A DNA stretch of 62,950 bases, the filler included. It is 4 parts of 4 records of this genome, joined end to end, with 100 filler letters (N's around TTAATTAATTAA, not from the genome) between each part and the next. Parts side by side here need not be neighbours in the genome. Positions count along the whole stretch, not along the records: positions 9,295 to 30,449 come from SRR22947727_2324; 3 more parts are not named here. One strand, 5' to 3'. The notes under the pieces are model-generated. The model saw only the letters and a list, made by a program, of their open reading frames with translations, ran no database searches and was not told the origin of the DNA. Made by a program: the position numbers and the translations under genes. Every line of letters begins with the position of its first letter. The stretch's first letter is position 1. This document shows, in pieces, positions 9,702 to 20,220 of the stretch.

Positions 9702-12341
9702 ATGAGATCTCTGAATTCGTTTAATACTAAAAAACAAATCACAATTGATGATAAGGTTTATCATTATTTTGACCTGAATGTATTAGCTAATACTTTCGGT
9801 TTTGATTTATCAAAAATTCCTAATTCAATAAAAATACTTTTAGAAAACTTAATTAGAAACGAAGATGGAGAGTCTGTTACTAAGGTCATGATTTCTAATT
9901 TATGTAAGGAAATCAATGAATCTAAAGACAATTTCGAAATATCTTTTTCACCAACCCGAGTTTTAATGCAAGATTTTACAGGTGTTCCTGCAGTAGCAGA
10001 TTTAGCAGCAATGCGTGATGCCTTAAAAGACAGGGGTTTAGACCCTAATAAGATCAATCCATTATCAAGAGTAGATCTCGTTATTGATCACTCTGTTATG
10101 GTTGACTATTTTGGAAACAATAACGCCTATGAAGATAATGTAAAAAAAGAATTTGATAGAAACAAAGAAAGATATGAGTTTTTAAAATGGGGTCAGCAAA
10201 CCTTTAATAATTTTTACCTAGCGCCACCTGGGGGAGGTATATGTCATCAAGTAAATCTTGAAAATATTGCTAAAACAATTTGGTCAAGTAAAATTGAGGA
10301 AGATAATTATCTTTATCCTGATTCAGTTGTTGGAACAGATAGTCATACAACAATGGTTAATGCTCTTTCAGTATTAGGCTGGGGAGTCGGAGGGATAGAG
10401 GCTGAAGCTGCTATGTTAGGTCAACCAATTTCTATGAATATTCCAAAAGTTGTGGGTTTTAAATTAATTGGAAATCTTCAAGAAGGAATAACTGCTACAG
10501 ACCTAGTTCTGACCATAACTGAAATATTAAGAAAACATGGTGTGGTGGGAAAATTTGTAGAGTTTTATGGGGAAGGTTTAACTACTTTATCTTTATCCGA
10601 TAGGTCAACTATATCAAATATGGCGCCAGAATATGGAGCTACATGTGGTTTTTTTTCAACGGACAAAGAGACTATAAAATATCTTCAATTGTCTGGAAAA
10701 GATGATCATCAGCTGGAAATTGTTAAAAGTTATACTGCTATACAAAAACTTTGGACTGATGAAAATTATGACCCTAACTTTGATGAGGAATTAAGTTTAG
10801 ATCTGAGTAAAATTGAACCGTCAGTTGCGGGACCTAAACGTCCACAAGATAAAATATTTATTAGAGACATCCCTCAAGTTTTTAAAACAATAGATGATAC
10901 GAATTATGATAAATTAAATTCAAATAAAAAACTTCAATCAGGGGATGTTGTTATTGCAGCTATAACTAGTTGCACAAATACATCTAACCCTAATGTTATG
11001 GTAGCAGCTGGTTTAGTAGCAAAAAAAGCTGTAGAATTAGGTTTATCTGTAAAATCATGGGTTAAAACAAGTCTGGCTCCTGGCAGTAGAGTCGTCAGTG
11101 ATTATTTAGATAAAGCAGGCCTTACAAAATATCTTGATCAAATTGGTTTCAATTTAGTAGGGTATGGCTGTACAACATGTATTGGAAATTCAGGACCTCT
11201 AGAAGAGTGGGTTTCTGAGGAGATAAAAAACAAAAATTTAACAGTTTGTTCTGCCCTATCAGGTAACAGAAATTTTGAAGGCAGAGTTCACCAAGAGGTA
11301 AAAGCAAATTTTTTAGCCTCACCTCCTTTGGTCGTTGCTTTTGCACTTGCTGGCAATATGAATATTAATTTATCTAACGAACCTATTGGAGTTAGTAGTT
11401 TAGGAAATGAAGTGTTTTTAAAAGACTTATGGCCATCTACTGAAGAAATAAATCAAATAGTTGAAAGCTCATTAACTACTCAGATGTTTAAAACAAGATA
11501 TGAAGAGATTTATAAAGGTGATACAAATTGGCAATCAATTAAAAGTGTTTCTAACAAGACTTACTCTTGGAATTCTTCTAGCACGTATATAAAACACCCT
11601 CCTTTTTTCAGTGAAGATAAAAAACATATTGAGGATATCGTTAACGCAAGGATTCTTGCAATGTTAGGCGACAGTGTTACAACCGATCATATTTCACCAG
11701 CCGGTGCAATAAAGGCAGACAGTCCTGCAGGCAAGTATTTGAATGAAAGACAGATAACAAGAAAAGATTTTAATTCATATGGCTCTAGAAGAGGTAATCA
11801 TGAAATAATGATGAGAGGAACATTTGCTAATATACGTATTAAAAATGAAATTGTTCCTGGAGTTGAAGGAGGAATTACAAAATTTTTTGATAGCGATGAG
11901 CAAATGTCGATTTATGATGCAGCAATTAAGTATGAAAAGAAAAATATTCCATTAGTTGTTTTTGCAGGGAAAGAATATGGAACTGGCTCATCAAGAGATT
12001 GGGCTGCTAAAGGAACTAAATTATTAGGTATAAAAGCGGTTATTGCTGAGAGTTTTGAAAGGATACACCGTTCAAATTTAATTGGTATGGGGGTGTTGCC
12101 TCTACAATTTATTCATCAAGAAAACAAACAAACACTGAGACTAAATGGAAGTGAGATAGTTTCGATTAAAGGTTTGGATAATATAAGTCCAAATTCTGAA
12201 ATTGATTGTGAAATTCAATCTGATCAAAAAAGAAATATTAAACTGTTATGTAGAATAGACACAATCAAAGAGTTGGATTATTATAAGCAAGGTGGTATCC
12301 TTCAATACGTGTTAAATTCAATTATTAAAAAAGCATCTTAA
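9702..12341 (+). CDS. acnA: Aconitate hydratase A
   Basis: QDFTGVP, DSHTTM, AAITSCTNTSNP, GYGCTTCIGNSG and GSSRDWAAKG motifs. Confidence 0.98.
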   Translation: MRSLNSFNTKKQITIDDKVYHYFDLNVLANTFGFDLSKIPNSIKILLENLIRNEDGESVTKVMISNLCKEINESKDNFEISFSPTRVLMQDFTGVPAVADLAAMRDALKDRGLDPNKINPLSRVDLVIDHSVMVDYFGNNNAYEDNVKKEFDRNKERYEFLKWGQQTFNNFYLAPPGGGICHQVNLENIAKTIWSSKIEEDNYLYPDSVVGTDSHTTMVNALSVLGWGVGGIEAEAAMLGQPISMNIPKVVGFKLIGNLQEGITATDLVLTITEILRKHGVVGKFVEFYGEGLTTLSLSDRSTISNMAPEYGATCGFFSTDKETIKYLQLSGKDDHQLEIVKSYTAIQKLWTDENYDPNFDEELSLDLSKIEPSVAGPKRPQDKIFIRDIPQVFKTIDDTNYDKLNSNKKLQSGDVVIAAITSCTNTSNPNVMVAAGLVAKKAVELGLSVKSWVKTSLAPGSRVVSDYLDKAGLTKYLDQIGFNLVGYGCTTCIGNSGPLEEWVSEEIKNKNLTVCSALSGNRNFEGRVHQEVKANFLASPPLVVAFALAGNMNINLSNEPIGVSSLGNEVFLKDLWPSTEEINQIVESSLTTQMFKTRYEEIYKGDTNWQSIKSVSNKTYSWNSSSTYIKHPPFFSEDKKHIEDIVNARILAMLGDSVTTDHISPAGAIKADSPAGKYLNERQITRKDFNSYGSRRGNHEIMMRGTFANIRIKNEIVPGVEGGITKFFDSDEQMSIYDAAIKYEKKNIPLVVFAGKEYGTGSSRDWAAKGTKLLGIKAVIAESFERIHRSNLIGMGVLPLQFIHQENKQTLRLNGSEIVSIKGLDNISPNSEIDCEIQSDQKRNIKLLCRIDTIKELDYYKQGGILQYVLNSIIKKAS

Positions 12342-12346
12342 AAAAA

Positions 12347-14911
12347 GTGAATGACGTTGATGGCAATTTGGTAGCCATATTAGGTCCAACTAATACTGGT
12401 AAAACTTACCTAGCCTTTGATAGAATGATGGCCTATCAATCTGGGATATTTGGTTTTCCATTACGTTTATTGGCAAGAGAGAACTATGATAAAGCTGTTA
12501 AAAAAGTTGGTTTAAACAAAGTTGCCTTAGTTACAGGTGAGGAAAAATTTATTCCTAAAGAAGCAAAATATTTTTTTTGTACTGTAGAATCTATCCCCAA
12601 AAATTTAAATGTTGAATGTGTAGTTATTGATGAAATTCAATTAGCATCAGATTATGAAAGAGGTCATATTTTTACAGACAATTTACTTAACACTAGAGGA
12701 GAATACGAAACAATTCTTTTGGGTTCTCTAACAATCAAATCATTACTATTAAGGATGTTCCCCAAAATAAAAATTGAGTCTAAAGTAAGGTTCTCTCGAT
12801 TAAGTTTTGTATCAAATAAAAACTTTTCTAAGTTAAAACCAAGATCAGCTATAATAGCCTTTAGTATAAATAATATATATGAAATTGCAGAAAATCTTAG
12901 ATCTCATAGAGGTGGAGCTGCGGTTGTTTTAGGGTCTTTGAGTCCGAGAACAAGAAATGCGCAAGTTGAAATTTATGAAGATAAAAAAGTTGACTTCTTA
13001 GTTGCAACAGATGCAATTGGGATGGGTTTAAATTTAAATATTAATCATGTAGCCTTTTCTTCCGTTGAAAAATTTGATGGTAGATTTAAAAGAAACTTAC
13101 ACCCTAATGAATTAGGTCAAATTGCAGGTAGGGCTGGAAGATATGAAAATAATGGAACTTTTTCATTGCTTAAAAATGCAGGTGATTTGGATATAAAGAC
13201 AATTCAAAACATTGAAGATAGTAACTTTGACTCAATAAATAAGATCTATTGGAGAAATTCAGCTTTAGATTTTAATAGCGTTGATAATTTTTTAAATAGT
13301 CTAAAAATATTCCCAGTTAATAATTATTTTATACATAAAAAAAATGCTGTTGATGAATTAAATTTTCGAAATTTAATTGAGGATTTATCAATAAAAAAAT
13401 TATTAACAAATGAATATAGAATAAAATTATTATGGGATGTATGCAGAATACCTGATTTTCAAAAATTATTTAACGATACTTACCTTCAATTATTAAAAAC
13501 AATTTTCTTACTTTTAGTTAAAAATGATCAAATACCTAAACCGTGGTTGGAAAAGAATATTCTAGGTCTTCACAAATTTAATGGAGGTATAGAAGAGCTT
13601 TCATTGAAAATTTCACAGATTAGAACTTGGACTTATATATCAAATCATCCAAATTGGATAGATAATGAAAATTATTGGCAAGAAAAAACTCAAGATATTG
13701 AAAATAATTTATCAGATAAATTGCATGAAGGTTTAATTAATAGATTTGTAGACTCAACATCTAAATATTTTATCAACTTACACAATGATGATAAAAATGC
13801 CAAATTTGAAATAAAAAATAAGAAAACATTGGTTATCAACAATATCGAATATGGTTCTTTTGTAGGTTTTGATTTAAAATTTAATAAAGATGTAATTTCT
13901 CATTCGCTTTTTTCACTAAGTCATGTAAAAAAATCAACTAGATTAATGATAGAAGAAAAAATTAATAACTTTTTAAACGCTCCAAATGACTCGATCAATT
14001 TTGGTAATGTAAATAATATAAATATCAAAGAAAATATTAAAATTTTTTGGGGAGAAGAAAATATAGGTCAGTTAACAAAAGGTTCTTCAATATCTTCACC
14101 TATGGCTGAGGCTATTAATACAGAGTACTTAAGCTCTGAAAACAAGTTATTAGTTTCAGCAAAACTACAAAAGTGGATTGATGATTTAATTAAAACCAAG
14201 TTGTGGCCCTTGAATGAAAATGTAGATGAAAAATTATCTCCTAATATACGAGCAATTCAATTCAATTTATTTGAAAGTCTGGGAACATTACCTATAGAAA
14301 AATTTAAGAGTTTTTTAAAAGATATTACTCCAGAAGAAAAAAATGCCCTCTCAAAATTAGGAATACGGATTGGGGCGAAATATTTTTTTATTCCCAATTT
14401 CCTTAAAAAAGCCTCTATGGAATTACTAGCAGTTTTGTGGTGTATTTTTAATCAGCAAAAGTTTGATGGATTATTACCTTTACCAAAGGATGGTAGAGTC
14501 TCCTTTGAATCAGACAAAGAAATGCAAAAAGGATATTGGTTGTCTATAGGCTATTTAAAATTGAATAATTTTGCTCTGAGAATTGATGTATTTGAAAGAA
14601 TATTTTTTATTGCGAGACAGAAGATAAAATCTGGGCCATTTCTTGACTCAGCAGATTTGATGAATCCTGTTGGTTGTAATAGAGATCAGTTAAAAGATAT
14701 ATTAGTATACTGTGGTCTAAATTATATAAAATTTACAAATGAAAGATATTTGTTTTTTTATGAATCAAAAAAGGTTATTTCAAAACCTAAGAGACCCCTA
14801 TCTAAAAAGATAAATTTAAAACCAAAATCAAAAAATAAAAAAATATCAAAAAAAATAGAAAAATCTATAGATCCAAATTCTCCTTTTGCAGTACTGGAAA
14901 AACTACTTTAA
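12347..14911 (+). CDS. SUV3/MgpS-like SF2 helicase
   Basis: GPTNTGKT, PLRLLA, DEIQ, ATDAIGMGLN and QIAGRAGR; alphaproteobacterial C-terminal DPNSPFA.L. Confidence 0.9.
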   Translation: MNDVDGNLVAILGPTNTGKTYLAFDRMMAYQSGIFGFPLRLLARENYDKAVKKVGLNKVALVTGEEKFIPKEAKYFFCTVESIPKNLNVECVVIDEIQLASDYERGHIFTDNLLNTRGEYETILLGSLTIKSLLLRMFPKIKIESKVRFSRLSFVSNKNFSKLKPRSAIIAFSINNIYEIAENLRSHRGGAAVVLGSLSPRTRNAQVEIYEDKKVDFLVATDAIGMGLNLNINHVAFSSVEKFDGRFKRNLHPNELGQIAGRAGRYENNGTFSLLKNAGDLDIKTIQNIEDSNFDSINKIYWRNSALDFNSVDNFLNSLKIFPVNNYFIHKKNAVDELNFRNLIEDLSIKKLLTNEYRIKLLWDVCRIPDFQKLFNDTYLQLLKTIFLLLVKNDQIPKPWLEKNILGLHKFNGGIEELSLKISQIRTWTYISNHPNWIDNENYWQEKTQDIENNLSDKLHEGLINRFVDSTSKYFINLHNDDKNAKFEIKNKKTLVINNIEYGSFVGFDLKFNKDVISHSLFSLSHVKKSTRLMIEEKINNFLNAPNDSINFGNVNNINIKENIKIFWGEENIGQLTKGSSISSPMAEAINTEYLSSENKLLVSAKLQKWIDDLIKTKLWPLNENVDEKLSPNIRAIQFNLFESLGTLPIEKFKSFLKDITPEEKNALSKLGIRIGAKYFFIPNFLKKASMELLAVLWCIFNQQKFDGLLPLPKDGRVSFESDKEMQKGYWLSIGYLKLNNFALRIDVFERIFFIARQKIKSGPFLDSADLMNPVGCNRDQLKDILVYCGLNYIKFTNERYLFFYESKKVISKPKRPLSKKINLKPKSKNKKISKKIEKSIDPNSPFAVLEKLL

Positions 14912-14940
14912 AGAAATACATTAAATAAAAAAGGAATAAA

Positions 14941-15384
14941 TTGTTACAATCTCTAAAAAATATCTTTGCTAGTGATCAAATCTTAAATGCTGAAAAAGAA
15001 AATACAGAAATTGACATATTGTCTGGTTTAATGATTGAGGCCGCTAATACTGATGGTGAGATTACTCAAGAAGAACTAAATAAAATTTCGCATAGTTTGA
15101 TAAACGTTTTTAAAGAAGATCCAAAAGCTGTTGAAGTAAGTTTAACAAAAGCATTTGAAAATAAAGATAATTCAAAATCATTATATTATTATACATCCAA
15201 ATTGAACAAATCTTATTCAAATGAAAATAAAATTAAACTAATAGAGGTTCTTTGGGAAATCATTTTGGCTGACAATGAAATACATGATTTTGAAACAAAT
15301 TTAATAAGAAGACTTGCAGGCCTTCTCTATATTTCTGATGTAGAGTGTGGAAATGCTAAAATTAGAGCAGGTAAGAAAGCATAA
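14941..15384 (+). CDS. TerB-family protein
   Basis: [10 protein letters not shown]...E and [23 protein letters not shown] pattern. Confidence 0.85.
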   Translation: MLQSLKNIFASDQILNAEKENTEIDILSGLMIEAANTDGEITQEELNKISHSLINVFKEDPKAVEVSLTKAFENKDNSKSLYYYTSKLNKSYSNENKIKLIEVLWEIILADNEIHDFETNLIRRLAGLLYISDVECGNAKIRAGKKA

Positions 15385-15388
15385 AACT

Positions 15389-15721
15389 ATGACCTATGTA
15401 GTTGATGAGGGTTGTATAAAGTGCAAGCATATGGACTGTGTTGATGTGTGTCCTGTAGATTGTTTTTATGAGGGTGAAAATATGCTTGTTATCCATCCCG
15501 ATGAGTGTATTGACTGTGGAGTTTGTGAACCTGAATGCCCAATTGAAGCTATACATTCAGACACCGATGAAGGTATGGAAAAATGGGCAGAAATAAATAG
15601 AAAGTACTCAGAAATATGGCCAGTTATAACTGAAAAGAAAGACCCTCCTCATGATGCAAAGAAATGGGAAAATATCGAAAACAAGTTTCAAAATCACTTT
15701 AGTGAAAAACCAGGTAGTTAA
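15389..15721 (+). CDS. fdxA: Ferredoxin FdxA (7Fe/8Fe type)
   Basis: [26 protein letters not shown] and [12 protein letters not shown]. Start moved to 15389. Confidence 0.96.
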   Translation: MTYVVDEGCIKCKHMDCVDVCPVDCFYEGENMLVIHPDECIDCGVCEPECPIEAIHSDTDEGMEKWAEINRKYSEIWPVITEKKDPPHDAKKWENIENKFQNHFSEKPGS

Positions 15722-15724
15722 AAT

Positions 15725-16225
15725 ATGAGTCCAAAAAAAATTGAATTTAATAATGGAGAAACTGTTGTTTATCCAAAACATGGTGTTGGTGAAATAGTTA
15801 AAATTGAATCAATGGAAATAGCAAGCATTAAAACAATGTTTTATGTTGTAAAAATGGAACAATCAAAACTAACAATAAGGGTTCCAATAGAAAAGCAGGA
15901 AGAAGTAGGTTTAAGAAAAATATCTTCAAAAAAAATTATTAATGAAGTGTATGAAATTTTAAAATTAAAACCAAAAATAAGAAGAATTATGTGGAGCAGA
16001 AGAGCTCAGGAATATGATACAAAAATATTTTCCGGAGACCCTATTAAAATTGCAGAAGTCGTTAGAGATCTTTTTAGAAAAAATACTCAAGCAGAGCAAT
16101 CCTATAGTGAAAGACAAATGTTTCAAATAGCAATTGAGCGACTAGCCAGAGAATTAGCTGCAGTTGAAAAGACTGATTATTTCCAATCAACTGAAAAAAT
16201 TGAATCTATACTTAGAAACAAATAA
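15725..16225 (+). CDS. carD: CarD family transcription factor
   Basis: VVYPKHGVG, conserved WSRR, and AEVVRDL motifs. Confidence 0.96.
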   Translation: MSPKKIEFNNGETVVYPKHGVGEIVKIESMEIASIKTMFYVVKMEQSKLTIRVPIEKQEEVGLRKISSKKIINEVYEILKLKPKIRRIMWSRRAQEYDTKIFSGDPIKIAEVVRDLFRKNTQAEQSYSERQMFQIAIERLARELAAVEKTDYFQSTEKIESILRNK

Positions 16226-17038
16226 TTGAATATCGATAATAAATTTCAAGAATTAGCAAACACAGATAGAATATGGGCAATAGGCTCATTGCATTCTAGT
16301 ATAGAGTCTTTTCAATCTATAAAAAAATACATTTTATCAAATTTTAAAAATAGTGATAAGCTTATTTTTTTAGGAAATCTTATAGGGTATAATAATCAGT
16401 CAAAAGAAATTATTACAGACGTTTTAAATCTTAGGTTTAGTTTAATGGCACAGTTTAATCTTGATCATGAAGATGTTGTTTTTTTAAGAGGTGCTCAAGA
16501 GGAAATGTTTAGCAAACTTTTGCAATTACAAATTTCCCCAAATCCAAAAGAAATAATTGATTGGATTTTTAGTCATGGAGTTGATCAAACCCTTGTGTCT
16601 TACGATTTTGAGCCTGATCAATTCAGAAATATTGCAACACAAGGAACAATTCAGATAAATAAATTAACATCAAAGCTAAATAAAAAAATATCTCAAACAC
16701 CTGGTCATCAAGAATTTTTTTCTAATTTAAAGCATGCTGCATTTAGTAATAGTATGGAAGTCTTATTTGTTAATAGAGGTGTTGATTTATCAAGGCCTTT
16801 GTCAGCTCAAAATGATTGCTTTTGGTGGGGTTATCAAAATTTCTCTCTAATTAATAAACCTTACAGCACCTTTAAAAGAATTGTCAGGGGATATCAGTCA
16901 AACGAGCATAATGATCTAGAAAATTCAAAAAATAGAATTTTATGCACTTTGTTTAAACAACCTCTAGAAAATAAAAAAATATTAGCAGGATTATTCTCTA
17001 AAAACGGTAATATTTTAGAATTATTTGAATCTAATTAA
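16226..17038 (+). CDS. Calcineurin-like (PPP/ApaH-type) metallophosphoesterase homologue with degenerate active site
   Basis: IWAIGSLH, IFLGNLIG, FLRGAQEEM and FVNRGV align with GDxHG, GDxxDRG, GNHE and FVHAG, but the metal ligands are replaced. Confidence 0.75.
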   Translation: MNIDNKFQELANTDRIWAIGSLHSSIESFQSIKKYILSNFKNSDKLIFLGNLIGYNNQSKEIITDVLNLRFSLMAQFNLDHEDVVFLRGAQEEMFSKLLQLQISPNPKEIIDWIFSHGVDQTLVSYDFEPDQFRNIATQGTIQINKLTSKLNKKISQTPGHQEFFSNLKHAAFSNSMEVLFVNRGVDLSRPLSAQNDCFWWGYQNFSLINKPYSTFKRIVRGYQSNEHNDLENSKNRILCTLFKQPLENKKILAGLFSKNGNILELFESN

Positions 17039-17070
17039 TCCAAAATCAATAATTGTACGTATAACTATTT

Positions 17071-17934
17071 ATGAATACAAAATCATCACTCTCTAACAAC
17101 CTTGTTGACTTCTCCAGAAAATCTAAAATTCTTGAAAAAAATGAAGAATTTTTCCATATTGAAGAATGGAGAAATAAACGTAAGCAAAAATCACTTCAGA
17201 TAATACTTAATTCGTATTTGAGGCTAGCCGTATCTTACGCTAAAAAATATAAAAGTTATGGGTTGCCTTTGGATGACCTTATTCATGAAGGTGTTTTGGG
17301 AATTATGCATGCACTAGAAAAATTTGATGTTTCAAAAGATTTCAGGCTATCAACATATGCTTCTTGGTGGATAAGAGCATCTATCCAGGACTATATTTTA
17401 AAAAACTGGTCAGTTGTTAAAACTGGATCTACAGCTTCTCAAAAAGCTCTATTTTTTAACCTTAGAAAAATTAAACAACAAATTTCCGATGTTTCATCTG
17501 AATATATGGGACAGAATGAAATAAATAAAGTTTCTGAAATACTCAAAGTTAAAAATCTTGAAATACAAAATATGGAATCTAGACTAAGTGGAGGGGATGT
17601 TTATCTTAATCAGAAAATAGACAACGAATCTGATAATGACCTTATGAGTTTATTAAATGATGATAGACCTAATCCAGAAGAAAACGTTGAGCACTTCAAT
17701 GACAGTAAACTAAAAAAAGATTTTATTGAAAAAGCAGTATCAACCTTAAATGATAGAGAGAAAACCATTATTAAACTGAGAAAGCTTAAAGAAAAAAGTA
17801 TAACATTGGATGAGTTGGGACAAATGTTAAAAATCAGTAAAGAAAGAGTAAGACAAATAGAAACTAAAGCTCTTGAAAAGTTAAAAACTGCAATTTTAGA
17901 AATTTCTCAACAAAATAAAGAATTTTTTATTTGA
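17071..17934 (+). CDS. rpoH: RNA polymerase sigma-32 family factor (RpoH2-like)
   Basis: FRLSTYASWWIRA; RpoH box variant QKALFFNLR; region 4 SKERVRQIE. Confidence 0.9.
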   Translation: MNTKSSLSNNLVDFSRKSKILEKNEEFFHIEEWRNKRKQKSLQIILNSYLRLAVSYAKKYKSYGLPLDDLIHEGVLGIMHALEKFDVSKDFRLSTYASWWIRASIQDYILKNWSVVKTGSTASQKALFFNLRKIKQQISDVSSEYMGQNEINKVSEILKVKNLEIQNMESRLSGGDVYLNQKIDNESDNDLMSLLNDDRPNPEENVEHFNDSKLKKDFIEKAVSTLNDREKTIIKLRKLKEKSITLDELGQMLKISKERVRQIETKALEKLKTAILEISQQNKEFFI

Positions 17935-17959
17935 TAGTTTGTTATCTTTCTAATAAGCT
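17931..17959 (+). promoter_or_regulatory. sigma70 promoter TTGATA-N17-TAAGCT, leaderless for PagL-like gene
   Basis: -35 at 17931-17936 and -10 at 17954-17959; GTG start 6 nt later with no SD. Confidence 0.55.
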
Positions 17960-17965
17960 TATACC

Positions 17966-18496
17966 GTGAATCGTTTTCTAATATTTTTAATTATTATATT
18001 AAAAGCTTCCATTGGTTTTTCACAAGGATATGATGTTTTTGGTGTTGGATTGTATGATGTAAAATTTGACGGTTCTTCCTCGAATAATGCCACTGACATA
18101 AGGTATGAAAGAAGGTTCGATAATACTATAATTGATATAGGTCCCGAGCAAGATAATTTTTTTTATCTTAAGCCTTTCGCTGGCATTGAATTAACATCAG
18201 ACTCAGCATTTTATTTAATTAGTGGAATATATCTTGAGGATAACATTGGAGACTTAGTGACAGGCGAAGATAATAACTGGAATTTTACACCAAGTTTTGG
18301 AGTGGGTTATTATGATGATGGTAATGGCAAAAAACTTGGCAATAAAGTTGAGTTCAGAACAACATTAGAATTCTCTTATGAGCTAGTAAATAAAGATAGA
18401 ATAGGAATTTCTTTGGGGCACATTTCAAATGCAAATATAGGAAACAAAAATCCAGGTGCTGAAATTATAAGTATTTCTTATCAAAAACCTTTTTAG
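17966..18496 (+). CDS. PagL/acyloxyacyl hydrolase-like outer membrane beta-barrel
   Basis: Signal peptide, LG..EFR, HISNA.I...NPG catalytic motif, terminal Phe. Confidence 0.85.
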   Translation: MNRFLIFLIIILKASIGFSQGYDVFGVGLYDVKFDGSSSNNATDIRYERRFDNTIIDIGPEQDNFFYLKPFAGIELTSDSAFYLISGIYLEDNIGDLVTGEDNNWNFTPSFGVGYYDDGNGKKLGNKVEFRTTLEFSYELVNKDRIGISLGHISNANIGNKNPGAEIISISYQKPF

Positions 18497-19479
18497 TTAA
18501 TTAGTAATTTTTTCTTATTTACAAACTTTAAAAAGACCTTTTCAAGACTATCAAAGTTATGATCTTTCATCTCTGAGTGAATATCAATTTTAAATTGTTT
18601 AGAGTCAGGAATGCCAAAAAATATGTTAAGTAAAGGACTTAAAAGTCTATAAATAGAGTCTTTACCAATTTTAGGTCTAATAAAGTCGAAGTAATCTTTT
18701 ATTGTGCTTTCAGAAATAATGTATTTGTTTCTTTCTTTGTAAAATAAACTATCAACATCTTTTAAGCAAAATGGATTATTTTGGATTAATCTTCCTAACA
18801 TAACTCCATCATGTTTTTTTGATAATTCTAGAGCATCCTCTATACTATCAATCCCACCATTTAAAATAAAAGTAATCTCTGGATATTTAGTTTTTATTCT
18901 TGAAACAAAATCATAATTTAATGGAGGTATATTCCTATTACCTTTAGGGCTTATGCCTGTAAGAATTGCATTCCTTGCATGAATATAAATCAACTTAACT
19001 CCACTTTTTAAAACTTCATCAATGAACTCTTCAAAAAAATCATAATTGAATTCTTTTCCAAGGCCTATTCGGCATTTAATAGATACCTCGATATTATTGT
19101 TAATTTGCATTGCATCCAGACAGTTTTTCACGAGTTTTTTATCTTGCATTAAACATGCTCCAAAACTTCCTTTTTGAACAGCCTTACTAGGACATCCGAC
19201 ATTTAAGTTTATTTCATCATAATTTAATCCATAAGCTAATTTCGAACTTAATTTTAAATCATCATACTCAGAGCCCCCAACCTGAAGTGCTATGGGATTT
19301 TGTTTTTCGTTTGCAATTATTGATTGAGTGTTTTTTGAATGAATAAGTGTTTTTGTTGCAATCATTTCAGAAAATAAAAAAGTCTTTTTTGATAAGATCC
19401 TATAAAGATTTCTAGCATATGGAGTAGTGTATCCCATCATTGGAGCAACGCAGAATTTTCTGTCAATTATTTTTTTCAT
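18493..19479 (-). CDS. dusA: tRNA-dihydrouridine synthase (DusA type)
   Basis: APMM, EINLNVGCPS, FGACLM, HARNA.L.G.SPK.NR.IPPL and NGGI motifs. Confidence 0.92.
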   Translation of the reverse strand: MKKIIDRKFCVAPMMGYTTPYARNLYRILSKKTFLFSEMIATKTLIHSKNTQSIIANEKQNPIALQVGGSEYDDLKLSSKLAYGLNYDEINLNVGCPSKAVQKGSFGACLMQDKKLVKNCLDAMQINNNIEVSIKCRIGLGKEFNYDFFEEFIDEVLKSGVKLIYIHARNAILTGISPKGNRNIPPLNYDFVSRIKTKYPEITFILNGGIDSIEDALELSKKHDGVMLGRLIQNNPFCLKDVDSLFYKERNKYIISESTIKDYFDFIRPKIGKDSIYRLLSPLLNIFFGIPDSKQFKIDIHSEMKDHNFDSLEKVFLKFVNKKKLLIN

Positions 19480-19572
19480 CAGTAAATTTAGTTTTTTTAA
19501 TATATTGACTGAATAAACTTGTAATTCCTTGCCTACAATAATTAGTTAATATAAATTATAATAATAACCTTT

Positions 19573-20217
19573 ATGATTAACAAAATATCTCCACCACCTA
19601 AATTTTTAATTGATCGATATAAAAAGTGGAAATCTAACGAATATTTACAAAACGAAGTAAAACTAAGAAACTTAGCCTCTTATGGTCAAAGTCCCTCAAC
19701 AATGGTTATTTCTTGTTGCGACTCAAGAATTCACGTTACATCAATCTTTGGATCAGATGAAGGTGAATTTTTCATTCATAGAAATATTGCAAACTTAGTC
19801 CCACCATATTCTACAGATGGTGAAAACCATGGAACGTCTGCTGCAATTGAATACGCGATCAAGGAACTTAAAGTTCAACATATAATTATTTTAGGACATA
19901 AGGATTGTGGAGGAATTAAATATGGACATAGCATGCACTCAAGTTCAATAAATACTAACTACGAGTTTATAAATAAATGGGTAAGTATACTTCTGCCTGC
20001 ATATAAAAAAATCCAAAAAAATGTTTCAATTCAAGAGCAAATAAATCAATTTGAGCAAGAGAGCATTAGAGCTTCAATTAATAATTTATTTAGTTTTCCT
20101 TTTATAAAAAAAGCAATTGACGAAAATAATATATCGATACATGGATTAATTCATGACATTGGATCTGGAAATTTAATGTTTTTAAACCCAGTTACAGAAA
20201 GCTTTGAAAATTTTTAA
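19573..20217 (+). CDS. Beta-class carbonic anhydrase
   Basis: CCDSR, RNIANLVPP and GH.DCGG zinc ligands. Confidence 0.95.
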   Translation: MINKISPPPKFLIDRYKKWKSNEYLQNEVKLRNLASYGQSPSTMVISCCDSRIHVTSIFGSDEGEFFIHRNIANLVPPYSTDGENHGTSAAIEYAIKELKVQHIIILGHKDCGGIKYGHSMHSSSINTNYEFINKWVSILLPAYKKIQKNVSIQEQINQFEQESIRASINNLFSFPFIKKAIDENNISIHGLIHDIGSGNLMFLNPVTESFENF

Positions 20218-20220
20218 ATT

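Noticed and set aside
14941..15384. Tellurite-resistance or anti-phage ter operon
   Set aside because: Solitary TerB-fold gene with no other ter genes.
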